Positions 53,401 through 64,000 of a stretch of DNA of 64,000 bases are shown here, piece after piece; the stretch's first letter is position 1, and the number at the start of each line of letters is the position of its first letter. The notes under the pieces are model-generated. The model did not search any database. It saw only the letters and a program-made list of their open reading frames with translations, and was not told the DNA's origin. The stretch is from Antedon mediterranea (lineage: Eukaryota; Animalia; Echinodermata): the NCBI RefSeq assembly GCF_964355755.1, contig NC_092675.1:15348912-15412911 (forward strand), read 5' to 3'. Position numbers and translations under genes: made by a program.

Positions 53401-56400
53401 GTAGATAGTTAAATTTCTAAAATACTGAAATATGAATATTATTGTTCAAGTGAGTAGCCAATCGCAAACACTACTTTATCTCTTTTAATAGTTATTTGTA
53501 TGAGTGAATATATCTACTGTACCTTTTGAGCCTACAGAGAGGATGTGAACTTTAGAGCTAATTACACGGATAGGTGGAATGTCTGAAGTATTTATACTGG
53601 ATACCAGTCGGAATCCAACGTGTTGGAAAAAGTGCCTTCGAAAACTAGCACGGTTGAACCAGGAAGCTTGCTGGCCTGTTGATGCCCAAGAGCCACCCTA
53701 TAATACAATACATAAATTGATTGTGCAGATAAAAATACTCAAAATATATATGGTACAATATTTGCATTTAATTAATGAATAAATTTAAATTAGATAAAAG
53801 AAGATGATACATACTACTATAATATTATGAAATCCATCAAAAGATGGATCTGAAAAGTCATCATAATACGGGTGTGTTTGGAAGCCAGGATAACCATTGA
53901 AGTTGTCTTCAGTCCACCCCCAGGCATTTCCAAAGGTGTCATGAAACCCTGAATCACTAGCTGTAAACATATTCACAGGCTACAACAAAGAAAGAGAAAA
54001 CTACAAACTAAACACAATTTAGAATGAAACACCTGTTTGAAAGTTTAGGAACCCATTTTAAGAGAATATATTAATAACGTCAGGGCTTCTTCCCTCTATC
54101 TCCATTGAGATCCAGCCACTGATACCCGCAGCATTGTCATTTTTTCAGTAATTTTCATTTTGATTTATGTATATATATATCTTTTTTTTTTATTAATTGG
54201 TTATTTATTTATCCTGGGTAACCTCTTCAGTCAAAGACTGGTCTCTCAGAGAGGCCAGTTATGATCAGTGGCTGTGTGTGTGATAGTACACCAGGGTAAC
54301 CCCCTACTCATCTCAAAAGATGTACTAGGTTCTTTAGAGTGCACATTAGCTAGATGTGTACACTCACTGGACCTACGGTTTACATTCCTTATCCGAGAAG
54401 ACCTGTTCAAAACCATATAGCATGTGAGCCTCGAACCCTTGCCGTTATGGCTACGTAATTGTGGTTCCACTGTCTTAACCGCTCAGTCACTCACTCAAAA
54501 AACATTCTCAGTACAATTGTGGCCATTTTTATATGCCATATGTATGGATGTGTGCAGCAGAAAAAAACTGTATAATGAATGGCTATCCTAATTAACTACC
54601 GTACAATAGATACATTTCAACAAATAAAACGTTTCTATTTATCAAATTATTAGTAGGTTTTCTTACGCTAGATGAGTTGAAAATCATATCTGAGTTGTAT
54701 TTCTCTCTGAAGTCATTACAAAATACAGGATCACAAGAAACACCAGCATCCGCAGATATCTACAAAATAGATTAATAACAAAATATATATTTATGTGGCA
54801 TATTGTTTGGACTATTGGCTAACTCAATTGGGTCGGACCGTCCAGTCATTGATTTTGTATGTCATGATCAACACAAATGAGTATTATGGGAAATAAAAAA
54901 TTAAGAATTATGTTCTCATCCAATTGAAACTACCAAAATTGCTTGCTGGATGGGCGCGTGGATCTGCATCTGACGGTTTCTCTAATGTTATAAATCATAC
55001 TAACCTGTGCTCCTCTCATTACATACATTTCAGCTTCACTTGGAAGACGAAATTCTGGCCCTTTCCATGCACAGTATGCCTTTGCTTCCAAGTAGTTCAC
55101 ATCTACTGGCCAATCTCCAGGTAAACAGATTACCTCAGTCATTGTACGATACCTTTTAAAATATGCCAAACAAAGCAACAACAACAATATATTATTTGTA
55201 CATTCTTATTTTCTTTATTCTTCTTGCTGTATCTAATCTATCATATTTTGTGGGCATACTTCAGGTCAAGGTTGAATGTTATGAATCTTTATTACCTGAA
55301 TGCAGTATCATAATGCGCTAGTATGCATAACAATTTTACAGTAAAATGTTCTCAATTCCTCATTTTTTTCTATTGCATCAAACAACAGGACACCACGCAT
55401 CGCTGGATCAAACTAAATGGTTTGGATGCGATAGGATTATACCCTGCCATTACACGTTTGATTGATTTGCCATTGGCCAATTGGCTTCCAAAATATTTAA
55501 AAATTAAAAATATTGATGCAAGCAGAAGTCATGCTCAAAGTTGGCAACACGTTTTTTTAGGTTAATTTCAGTATGCTGAATACGAAAATGGCTGTTGCCA
55601 AAAATATTATTTGACCAAAAGCTTAGTTTGAGGGTGTTTTTCAAAATGGCTACCTTGGCACTTGTATCTCTATAACCACTAATTGTAGATACTAAATTTA
55701 AATGGTACATACACAATTATAATGGTAAGTCAGCAATAAATCAGCAATACCGTAAACATAGTTCTAAACCAATGGGTAAACGTGCTGGAATTAAACTTCG
55801 TCATCCGTATGCAGTCTCTCAACTGTTACGTCAGGACACTAATCTGAAATCCAATATCACCAAGTAAGGACGAGATGCTCTAAGAACTCTCCGGGCAGAC
55901 TCAACGATCCACATCCTACCAGCAGACAATGGTAAGGCTCATCATGAACGTTAAAGAGTACAACGAGAAGATCATGCAGCTCTTGAACCCTTCTACGTAT
56001 AGAAAAATCAAGAAAGATCCAACTCAATCTATTGAGAGGAAGATCACAGCCGAACTTCTACAACTGTATCGCTCTGAAGTTCTATTCAAGTCTATCTACC
56101 ACCAACTTCGAATATCAGCAACAACTTGTCACAGACTTTTTGGGCAACCTAAGATACATAAGCTGGACATACCACTACGTCCTACTGTCTCTTCTAAAGG
56201 CTCGCCAACTTAAAATCTGGCAAAACATCTAGCCAAAATACTATATCCACTGGTAGGACTAACAGGTCATCATGTGAAGAATTCTCAGCATTTCGTGGAA
56301 ATCATCAAGGACGTTTACCTGGGACCAACAGACAAGCTGATCAGCTTCGACATTAAGTCTTTATGTACTAATGTTCCAGTCAGGGAAGCCTGTCCTATAG

Positions 56401-59400
56401 TCAAAAATCGACTGCAGCCTGACTCTAAACATAAAACCGCAATCTCTGCAGATGAAATCCATGAGTTACTTCTACTATGTCGATCATCTACCAACTTCAA
56501 GTGGCGTGGCTATGGGCTCTCCTTTATCCCCGGTCATTGCCAATGTTTTTCTGGAGGAGCTCGAACAACTAGGACTGTACTCCACCAAAAAGACCATTAT
56601 GTGTATTAATATACAATTTCAATAACAGCCCCAAGACCTTAATTTAGCAATGGAAAAATTGTACTCTTCCCCGATTTAGCAGATCCAAATGGATCTTATT
56701 GTTGAATACAGAAAGTAAATTTCTCGGAATAACATGACAATTATGTTCATTAAAGTCAATAAACGTTTTTTCAAGTCTATATGACTAAAGGTTATATGAG
56801 ATATGATATAGTTCAAAGGTCAAATTACCAAAATTGAATGCACTTCCAGTCATTTGTAGAGAAACTACTAATAGAAACATGTATGTTACCAACAATTTGA
56901 GATAAAAGTTAAATCTCAACAATAAGTAGTTACCGAGATACAAGTGCCATGCGGCCATTTTGAAAACCGCCTTCAAACTAGGCTTTCTCTTAGGAAGATA
57001 TTATAAAGTGTTTGAAAACAAGATTTCTGATTTCATTGGTAGATTTTCAACCGTCCGCAGTATATAAGAGATTTCGGTCAAAATAATATTTTTGGCAACA
57101 GCCATTTTTGCATTCAGCATACTCAAATTAACCTAAAAAAATGTGTTGCCAACTTTGAGCATGACTTGCCGCTTGCGTCGATTTTTAGAGGACTTTATCC
57201 AGTTTTGTGCCTAGTCTATATGAGCGATTGTGACGGCTTGTCAAAATACGGTACCATAATCCATATTTTATTTAAAATCCTTCCCACTTTCAAAGTAAAT
57301 TAATCAATACAAAAATTAAGGAGAATGAATGAGACACTTTTTTCAAAAAAGCATAATAAAGTGAGAATACACTTCATCTTGTTTTATGCATTTTAATGTC
57401 AACATTGTCAAGAGTCCCATCCCGAGAATTACTTTGCAAGTATTCTCAATGTAATTAATAGTATAAAGTACAAACAATTACACTCCCATTTTGTACTTAT
57501 TAAGTGCAGTTTTTGTAATGGAGTAACTGTTAGCAATTACCCATATCCATTGGAGTGGCCATTTCCGTTAAGACCATTTCCATTGTGTTGTATGTTAGAA
57601 GCTTGACAGTGAGTAAATCCTTGAAGTGTGCCACCACAGCCTGATTTACAACCTTTAAGATACAGAAATAAGTATATAAAGGAATAAATTAAAGAATTGT
57701 GTCTTTCGTTCTTTTTTTAGGATATTAAGCCAAGAGTTTTATTTGTTTGATGCTTGTCCTAGAGGAATATTTTACTGTACAGTATTATTATATTATTTTA
57801 TTTTCAAGCATGCAGATGTTATTTTATGCATTTATATCAAATTGTTTATATATGAATTATGCTCAATTCTGACATAGGCGAGCACAATGGAAAAACTTTT
57901 ATCTACCTTATCTATCTAAGATGTAGCGCGAAATGTAGATTTGATAACATTAGTGTTCATTATTACGATATTGTTTCATATTTTTCTCTTAGAAAGATAT
58001 TATAAAGTGTTTGAAAAATTTTTTCGGATTTCATCAGTAGATTTTCAACCGTCCGCAGTATATAAGTGATTTCTGGGTTGATGTATTCACCGACATACAT
58101 ATGTTTTCACGGGTCATGCGCGAGGTTTAAGCAAAATGAAATTATACTGCAAAAAATAACGAACAAATCAAATATATTTAAAATCATTGAAGTATATTAT
58201 GGGGGAAATTGTAAAATTATGGCAGAAATCGGGTAAATATATATTACCGGGAGAACTGTCGTGAAACCACAATAGCCGAATGGTAGCCGAGTTGTTGAGT
58301 TGCTGGCAGGTTTGAACAGGTTGCACGCTATCTGCAGGTGTACCACGTCATTGAGACCCAGGCCTTTCGACCATGTTACAAGCCATTTAAAATATTCTTA
58401 GGCTGAAACGCCGCACAGATATCATTGTGTGGTGTTTTATCAGGCCTACCGAATTTAAACGAATAAACGCTTCTCCACCATAAAACAACATTTTGAATAT
58501 TCAACTGCCACCCTCTAAAAAAACGACCCTAACATATATTTTATACACACAATATTGATTATTGTATTATAACACAAAGTACAATTAATTACGTTGTATT
58601 TGTTCATATGTAGGGAAAATTATTTTATTATGAAATTTTACCATATTACAACAAATGCACCCCCCTCCACACCACACCCGGCATGGACAATAAACATGGT
58701 TAGTGGTTTTAAATTTGTATAGCACATAATACAAATAGTCTTTATGTGTGGTGGACTCAGATGTTACACTACATGCTTTTCCCCTAAGGGTCATATCATG
58801 TCAGTGCAGCCACTATAAGGCGCTCTCTCATCTGTCCATGACACTGTGAACTCTAAGTACACCGAGGTAATTCCTCGTACTATGTTCTTTAAAGTCCACA
58901 CGAGCAATGTGTGTACACTGGACCACGGTTTATTGTCCTTATCCGAGAAGACTCCTTCTACCATTAGAACCATGGAGCGAGTGAGCCTCGATTCCTTGCC
59001 AATGTTATGGCTGGATTACGGTTCCACTGTCTTAACCGCTCGGCCACTCACTCTTTAAATGTTATATTCCTCATCTTATTTAGTCCAAAAAAATTGACTT
59101 TTACAAATACTGTAGCAAGCATTTCAATAATTATATGGAAACCAGAGGTTTTTACCAAGTCATTATTTAAAATTCCAAAATCCATCATCTCACTCAAGTA
59201 ACTATAATTACCTGATGAACAGACCCAAAATGATGGATGCTTTGCATTTCTGAAGCACCTCCATTTCCAACCTTCTTCTGACCAGAATTCTTTTCTTTTA
59301 TATCCACCATCTTCAACAAATTCTAAAAACTCTTTATTTGTAATAAGATACTTGGTTGCCTTAAATGATGGCACTCTAAGTAAAAATGAACAAAATTACT

Positions 59401-62400
59401 AAAGTTAAATTGTAACAGGGCAAAAATAATGTTAACATAGTAGCTGGGGGAGGGGCAAACATGACTTTAGAAGATATTCTATGGGAATTTTTCCATTGTT
59501 TAAAGCAGGGAGATGTAAAATGAAATCCTCTTTTGAGGATTTAGAGGGCTATCCCTGGTACACACTAAATTATTGTGGGGTTTTATTTTATCTGTATTTA
59601 TTATCTTCTTGGTATCAAAATAGATATTGTTAACAAAAATTATAAAATACTCCAAAAATACGTAAAAAGAGACAATTTATTGAATTACAGAACTTAAAAT
59701 GCTTCACTCATAAAATATATATGCATATATTATGCGTTGTGTTGGTGTGTGTGTAAATAATCATGTTAGAAAAACACTATCGCTTTTTGATGATGAAAAA
59801 CTCTAAAATGTATATAGGAAATGTTTTTTTTTTGTATCTATTATGTTGTGTTTATTGTTTTATGTTTTTATGTAAAAGGGTCCTGCAAAAACAGAAGTGT
59901 AAACTTCTCTATGCAGGATCCTTGCCATCATTTATGCTATGAAACTATATTTATAAAGGATAAGTAAAATAAATGTGAATTTGAATTGAAAATAAATCAT
60001 ATCAAAATCAAATATCTTCTTTACAAATTGGATTGGGAATGTATGTACCATGTTTTAGAAACAATCACCATATTGATATTTGTCACCCTTTTTGCCCAAA
60101 AAAACATCAAACTCCTCCAATTGATTTGTATGACTGGGTTTGCAATGGCAATAATGCCACAACTGTATGTGAAAGGGTCAACCTACTTGATACTCAATGT
60201 GGGATATTCATTATCCCATCCAAATGCAGGAAAATCAAATGGTTTTCCTAAAGTCACTTCTGTTGCCTTTGTAGTAATTAATTCATTTTTTCCAGCACCC
60301 ATACCTAAAGAAAATTACACATAATACATTTCAAATTACTGTAAAGGATGTATACTTTCGAGACCATTGAAACAAAACACAGGAATTTGGAGCGATTATT
60401 CATCATTAAAATTCATGTAATCCTATAATGATTTTAAAATATATTTGTGCATATGGCCAGTAATTAGTTTTAAAGTAGAATTTACACTTATAAAATGAGG
60501 TTTCTAAAAATGTATGCATTAGTTTAATACAGTAGTTTAAAAGCTTACAATAATTGTTATGTTGCCAACTTATTAATTTACCTCCGCCAAGGAGGTATAT
60601 GTAATCGGTAGCGTGTGTTTGTTTGTTTGTTTGTTTGTTAGCAGGATTACTCAAAAGGTAATTACAAGATCTTTACCAAAATGAATAGACAGATAGATAT
60701 GTGGTCAAGGACCATTCCATTAAATTTTGGGACCATTTGGGACCACAGCCCCAATTCTGGACCACTTTTTAGTATACTTTTTTAGACCTGCTAGTGTTAA
60801 AAGATAGGACAGAATTTTTCAAAAGCCGGCGAGCAGTCTTAAAGTAACAAGTAAACTGAAATTGCATTTTCTCGAGAACTACTTGTCCAAAAAACTTAAT
60901 TTTTTAACAAGAGGCAAGAGTTATAATTTGTGATTTGTAATTTTAAAACATAATTTGATTTAATGTGCACATTTTTTGATGCGAGTAGTTTAAAATACCT
61001 ATTTCTTTTCAAATTCACTCGTTTGATTTTCTCGTTGCTGTTCTATTGTTAGTCAACTGAAGCTATTGTTAATTGAAAGGCTTGTTACATAACCATTACA
61101 CCAAAGTCGCATACACATGCTTGTAATGAAATTAGCCTAAATCACAAACAGCATTAAGACACACACAAATATATATATATTTTTTTTTTACCAGAGAAAT
61201 CTTATGTAGGAGAATTTTACAGTAGGCGGAGGTATGCCCTCTCGGAGTGGCTTTCTAGTTACCATAATTAAATTAGTTTTTTGAAAAAACTGTATTAATA
61301 ACATAAAACATAGAAAATATAGACCTTCTTGTGTTTAATCTCATTTAGCTACACAACTCATAACCAAAAATCAAACCTGAAAAATGTTGCTCATTGAATT
61401 ATTCATTTTATTAAATATTTAAATAAAATATCAATTGAAATCTATTTTTGAAATCTAAGTTGTGTCTCTCTGTTCGACGCATGATGCTTTACTCAATATG
61501 TGTACCACATTTCAGCAATTAAAAATAAATTATTGAAGACAGAGATAGATAATGGATAAATATCCTTGTATTATGTGCAGGTATGCTTTAGTATGGATAA
61601 ATAAATAAATATTCAGAAAACATCCTAAAAAGTAGATAATTCCTGGATATTATAAATAATTATCTAACTTAACTTTAATAGTAAACTGGATTTCGTTGGT
61701 GATAAAAATCAGTTCTAAAATGTACCAACTTTTAATATTATTGAGTAAAGGAATCTAGAAATTTCATAGATCAAATGTTGACTTGATGTTTGTTTCTGTT
61801 TGAGTTTCTGAGATTCTAATTCAGAACAGTACTAAAATGTTAATGATTTTGTTCATAAAGATGTTACTACTATATTGATCTAGATTTAAATAATGCTTGA
61901 TATTGAAGTAAAGTACCATGATTGATTGGAGCATGTTTCCAACCCGTTGGAGTGGTGACCATCTCCAGTGGCAATTGTCGTATCAACACTGATGATGTTT
62001 CTATGTGTACTCTTTCATGTTCAATCCCCAACAACACTGCCCACTAATAAAAAAAAATGGTTGAAAAATATTTTTACTTGATTATGTCATTGAAATTATT
62101 AATAAACCCTTTGAAGATGCGAGGTTTCTACCCCAAGTGACTGAAGCTAAATAAGGTATTTTCAATAGGTTTAGGAAAAATGGAAAATATATTTTTATGA
62201 CTGTAAATTTCTGCAATTGTTGGTTTTATTATGTGAATTATTTTGGTTTTCCGACAATTGCATTTTCAATGCAATAAAAAATAATATAGGATGATAGGTG
62301 ATCTGGAGATATACTGTAATTTTAGATGTTCAAAACTAATTCAAAAAGTACACGGACATAAGTATTCATATGTAATATATAATATTGTAAATTGTCTGAA

Positions 62401-62984
62401 ACTTGCTCACATAATGCCTATCTATGTGAATATTCCTAATAATATTACTTGGTCTTGAGAAGGTCTAGCTGATGCTGACATGGTGGCCAGGATTTTCCCA
62501 AAGGAGGGGCCAAAAGCATTGGTGGGGGTGGGCCATGTGCTCAAAGCTATATCCTATTTTTGGGGGGTCAGAAGGCGGCTCCCCAGAAAGCTTGATAATA
62601 TTAGACATTTAAGGCCAGTTTTAGTCACTTCACTGAAAATCGTTTAATTGGGCGAATCAATTGGGCACACTCAGTAGGGTTCTATTGTTCAATTTTTATC
62701 AGAAAATACCATACTTTTCTCTCCGACAAACATGGTACCGCAGAACAGAATTAAAAAACTACCGGCATAGTAATAGTATATTCCTTGTATACAGTAAGTT
62801 CTATGAGAAAGGGGTTAATAGTATGAGGAAACATTTTTCTTACCCATACACTCTTCATAGTAATGGGTAGTTTCAACGGTGTTTCTTCAATAACTTTGCG
62901 CATAATTTTGCGAACTTTTAATCTGTACGTCACAACATCCTTCAGGGATGGCCATTGGAAGCTTCCTCCCATCCTATAATTTTC
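41327..62984 (-). CDS. ovoA: Ovothiol synthase OvoA-like (5-histidylcysteine sulfoxide synthase + methyltransferase), 14 exons, 5' end outside window
   Basis: Spliced 1971-nt frame (656 aa + stop): WPSLKDV..YR..VR, GIEHERVHIETSSVLIRQLP, FGWDNEY, ITNKEFLEFVEDGGY, WPVDVNYLEAKAYCAWK, RLPSEAE, YDDFS.P.FDG.H, GGSW.STG, FRRHFFQH.GFR, LGCATGR, GIDYSSRF; all junctions GT-AG with consistent phases. Confidence 0.93.
41580..41685 (-). CDS. ovoA: OvoA exon (AWLLRLWEIIVPSAIVVIVSP…)
   Basis: 106 nt, phase 1 to 2, gtgagc donor. Confidence 0.87.
44635..44834. repeat. Four copies of a 50-bp tandem unit
   Basis: TGTTGTGAATACATAGAATAATAAAGGTACAACTTGTAGAATATAA(C/T)GCC x4. Confidence 0.92.
44832..45204. mobile_element. 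MITE-like element with imperfect TIRs
   Basis: CCTGTATTCTTAAACCAAACTTT / AAAGTTTGATTCAAGAATATGGG plus the internal pair CCAAACTTTAGTCGTAGTTT / AAACTACGACTAAAGTTTGG. Confidence 0.6.
45654..45732 (-). CDS. ovoA: OvoA exon (LTWIPNELKDFDLVVLDFLDRVMNIE)
   Basis: 79 nt, ttttag acceptor, gtaaat donor; FDL…LDR motif. Confidence 0.87.
46117..48170 (-). repeat. Two diverged direct copies (from about 46117 and 47482) of a Helitron/HINE-like repeat
   Basis: Both begin AACTAGC..TA.CC.GTGCTC.GCAC and share about 300 bp plus a GGATTCGAACT segment. Confidence 0.6.
48280..50120 (-). mobile_element. Heavily decayed LINE RT in an OvoA intron
   Basis: WWNSNC…RQRFWFGIWK, PGIMAEHL, CYADDI near 48900, YLGM; many frameshifts. 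Confidence 0.75.
50174..50362 (-). CDS. ovoA: OvoA exon (VTGIDYSSRFLEAA…RVLFKQ)
   Basis: 189 nt, ccccag acceptor, gtaatt donor. Confidence 0.9.
50731..50987 (-). CDS. ovoA: OvoA exon, start of methyltransferase domain (ALVLGCATGRLAFHL)
   Basis: 257 nt, gtaaag donor. Confidence 0.9.
52102..53336. mobile_element. Non-autonomous hAT element
   Basis: TIRs CAGGGGCGGATCC / GGATCCGCCTCTG; perfect 8-bp TSD TACCCATG (52094-52101, 53337-53344). Confidence 0.88.
53523..53697 (-). CDS. ovoA: OvoA exon (GGSWASTG…FRRHFFQHVGFRL)
   Basis: 175 nt; OvoA signature FRRHFFQH. Confidence 0.93.
53815..53979 (-). CDS. ovoA: OvoA exon (PVNMF…GNAWGW…HPYYDDFSDPSFDGFH)
   Basis: 165 nt, gtatgt donor. Confidence 0.93.
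54076..54180 (+). mobile_element. Isolated 3' end of a Penelope-like element
   Basis: Nearly identical to 20844-20915 (TATCTCCATTGAGATCCAGCCACTGATACCC.CAGCATTGTCATTT); preceded by AACGTCAGG, followed by a TA tract. Confidence 0.7.
54190..54497 (-). mobile_element. tRNA-derived SINE
   Basis: Minus-strand head GAGTGAGTGACTGAGCGGTTAAGAC (A box) and GGGTTCGAGGCT (B box-like); A-rich tail; sibling at 58740-59053. Confidence 0.75.
54667..54759 (-). CDS. ovoA: OvoA exon (ISADAGVSCDPVF…FNSSS)
   Basis: 93 nt, phase 0/0, gtaaga donor. Confidence 0.85.
55005..55152 (-). CDS. ovoA: OvoA exon (YRTMTEV…WPVDVNYLEAKAYCAWKGPEFRLPSEAE)
   Basis: 148 nt, gttagt donor. Confidence 0.93.
55745..56605 (+). mobile_element. 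Penelope-like RT fragment (Poseidon-type), decayed
   Basis: ILPAD, LFGQPKIHK..IPLRPTVS, VKNSQHFVE, LISFDIKSLCTNVP; sits between inverted repeats at about 55505-55710 and 56890-57186. Confidence 0.82.
57541..57652 (-). CDS. ovoA: OvoA exon (GCKSGCGGTLQGFTHC…NGNGLNGNGHSNGY)
   Basis: 112 nt; phases bridge the flanking exons exactly. Confidence 0.85.
58740..59053 (-). mobile_element. tRNA-derived SINE
   Basis: Head GAGTGAGTGGCCGAGCGGTTAAGACAGTGGAACC; body related to 54190-54497. Confidence 0.75.
59212..59375 (-). CDS. ovoA: OvoA exon (VPSFKATKYLITNKEFLEFVEDGGY…HPSFWVC)
   Basis: 164 nt; FGE-like domain motifs. Confidence 0.93.
60187..60304 (-). CDS. ovoA: OvoA exon (…VTLGKPFDFPAFGWDNEYP…)
   Basis: 118 nt, phase 1 to 2, gtaggt donor. 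Confidence 0.92.
60577..61260 (+). mobile_element. HINE/DINE-1-like element (same family as 19714-20366)
   Basis: Same subTIRs, (GTTT)n tract, 3' hairpin and CTAG-TT end. Confidence 0.82.
61917..62043 (-). CDS. ovoA: OvoA exon with iron-binding HxxxHxE (GIEHERVHIETSSVLIRQLP)
   Basis: 127 nt, ag/gt boundaries; not in the ORF track, translated by hand. Confidence 0.95.
62844..62984 (-). CDS. ovoA: OvoA exon (ENYRMGGSFQWPSLKDVV...SVW)
   Basis: ttttag acceptor, 141 nt, gtaaga donor. Confidence 0.92.
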
Positions 62985-63489
62985 CTAAAATAAATAAGAT
63001 ATCATTAAATTTAGTTTATTTGTAAATAAATAAATTTATAGAAACTACAAAATGACTTTTGTTTTTCATAGTGAACTAAAGCTAACTAAAAATCCAGGTA
63101 GCTGAACGATTTGGATAATGTAACACATTGTTGTTATACCTTTATACGATCGAGTGATCTAATTAAAAGTTTACTGTTAAAGAGCTGTTTTAGTAGTTTG
63201 TTGTTTCCGAACATCACAGATATCAATTCAGTGTACCCTCAAATAACAATATTACTGGGTACTTAATTGTATGTAGATAAGCTATCATCTCAACTCAAAT
63301 AAAAAGCGACATTTATACTCTTAATGGTGGAAATTTCACTAGCTCTGACGAAATCATTTAAAAAACAGTGTGGACTCCAGTATCCCGGCCTGGTATTCTG
63401 GCAAATGTATTTAACATTTTTATGGTGTTATACTCAAATGTTTTCAGGAAGGAATATTGGTTCCTATTCTTATCGTTCTATTATTATTA

Positions 63490-64000
63490 TTACCTCCGCC
63501 AAGGAGGTTATATTTTCATCCCTGTATGTTTAATTGTGTTTGGGTGTGTAAGACGTGTGTGTGTGCGTGCGTGTCTGTGAACAGCCTGGAGACCACAGTT
63601 CTTATCCGAATCTGGCCAAATTTGGCCTGAATGATCTATGCCCCAAAAGCTCGAACGAGTTCGATTTTAAGGGGAAAATGTCATAGGTCAAGGTCACAGC
63701 TAACAAAAAACTATTTTACTGCCTCGGGACCACAGTTTTTATCTGATTCTCACCAAACTTAGCCACAATGATCAATGACTCATCATATAATTGTGATTAA
63801 ATTTTGAAGGGTCAGGGTCTAAGATCAAGCTCCACAAAAAAAAAGATATAAAAAAATATTTTTAAAAAAATAACACAAAAAAACCACAGCGGGAATTGAA
63901 CCAGCGATCTCAACTGTGTGAGGCTGGATACATAACCTTTACACCAAACTCTCATCCACAACTTTGTAATGTGCAGTTTTACACTTAGAACTAATATAAT
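63490..64000 (+). mobile_element. Related HINE subfamily, cut off by the window end
   Basis: TTACCTCCGCCAAGGAGGTTAT start followed by a (GT)n tract. Confidence 0.65.

Noticed and set aside
41327-62984. Recent horizontal transfer or bacterial contamination as the source of ovoA
   Set aside because: Thirteen spliceosomal introns filled with host repeats; OvoA is an established gene in many marine invertebrates.
63341-63375. CTGACGA as a second hammerhead core
   Set aside because: No stem II followed by GAAA at the required spacing.
63880-63960. tRNA-like segment on the - strand (GGTTCAATTCCCGC); similar heads at 47190, 54480 and 59040
   Set aside because: No complete cloverleaf; these are SINE heads or repeat-internal relics, not tRNA genes.

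Overview
AT-rich, intron-containing animal genomic DNA (probably a marine invertebrate; taxon is inferred, not shown). Two host genes lie tail-to-tail. On the + strand are the last four coding exons of a lysosomal alpha-mannosidase (GH38, MAN2B1-like; 2155-22155). On the - strand are the last 14 coding exons (656 aa, all GT-AG, phases consistent) of an ovothiol synthase OvoA-like gene (62984-41327) with the HxxxHxE iron motif, FGE-like domain and C-terminal methyltransferase; its 5' end is outside the window. The OvoA keeps the iron ligands and the Tyr-bearing YDDFS motif but departs from the OvoA consensus as I recall it at several nearby positions and in the SAM motif, so it may be a diverged paralog. 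The rest is mostly transposable elements. The 19-kb mannosidase intron is a nested stack: a Penelope-like (Naiad-type) retroelement with a minimal hammerhead ribozyme, split by an Academ-like TIR element and a hAT; the hAT is split by an EnSpm/CACTA-like element with satellite arrays, a young non-autonomous LTR element and a HINE. A second inverted Academ-like copy carries three more insertions. Decayed LINEs, SINEs, MITEs and short tandem repeats fill the remainder. No prokaryotic systems or CRISPR arrays are supported, and most short ORFs in the track are spurious.
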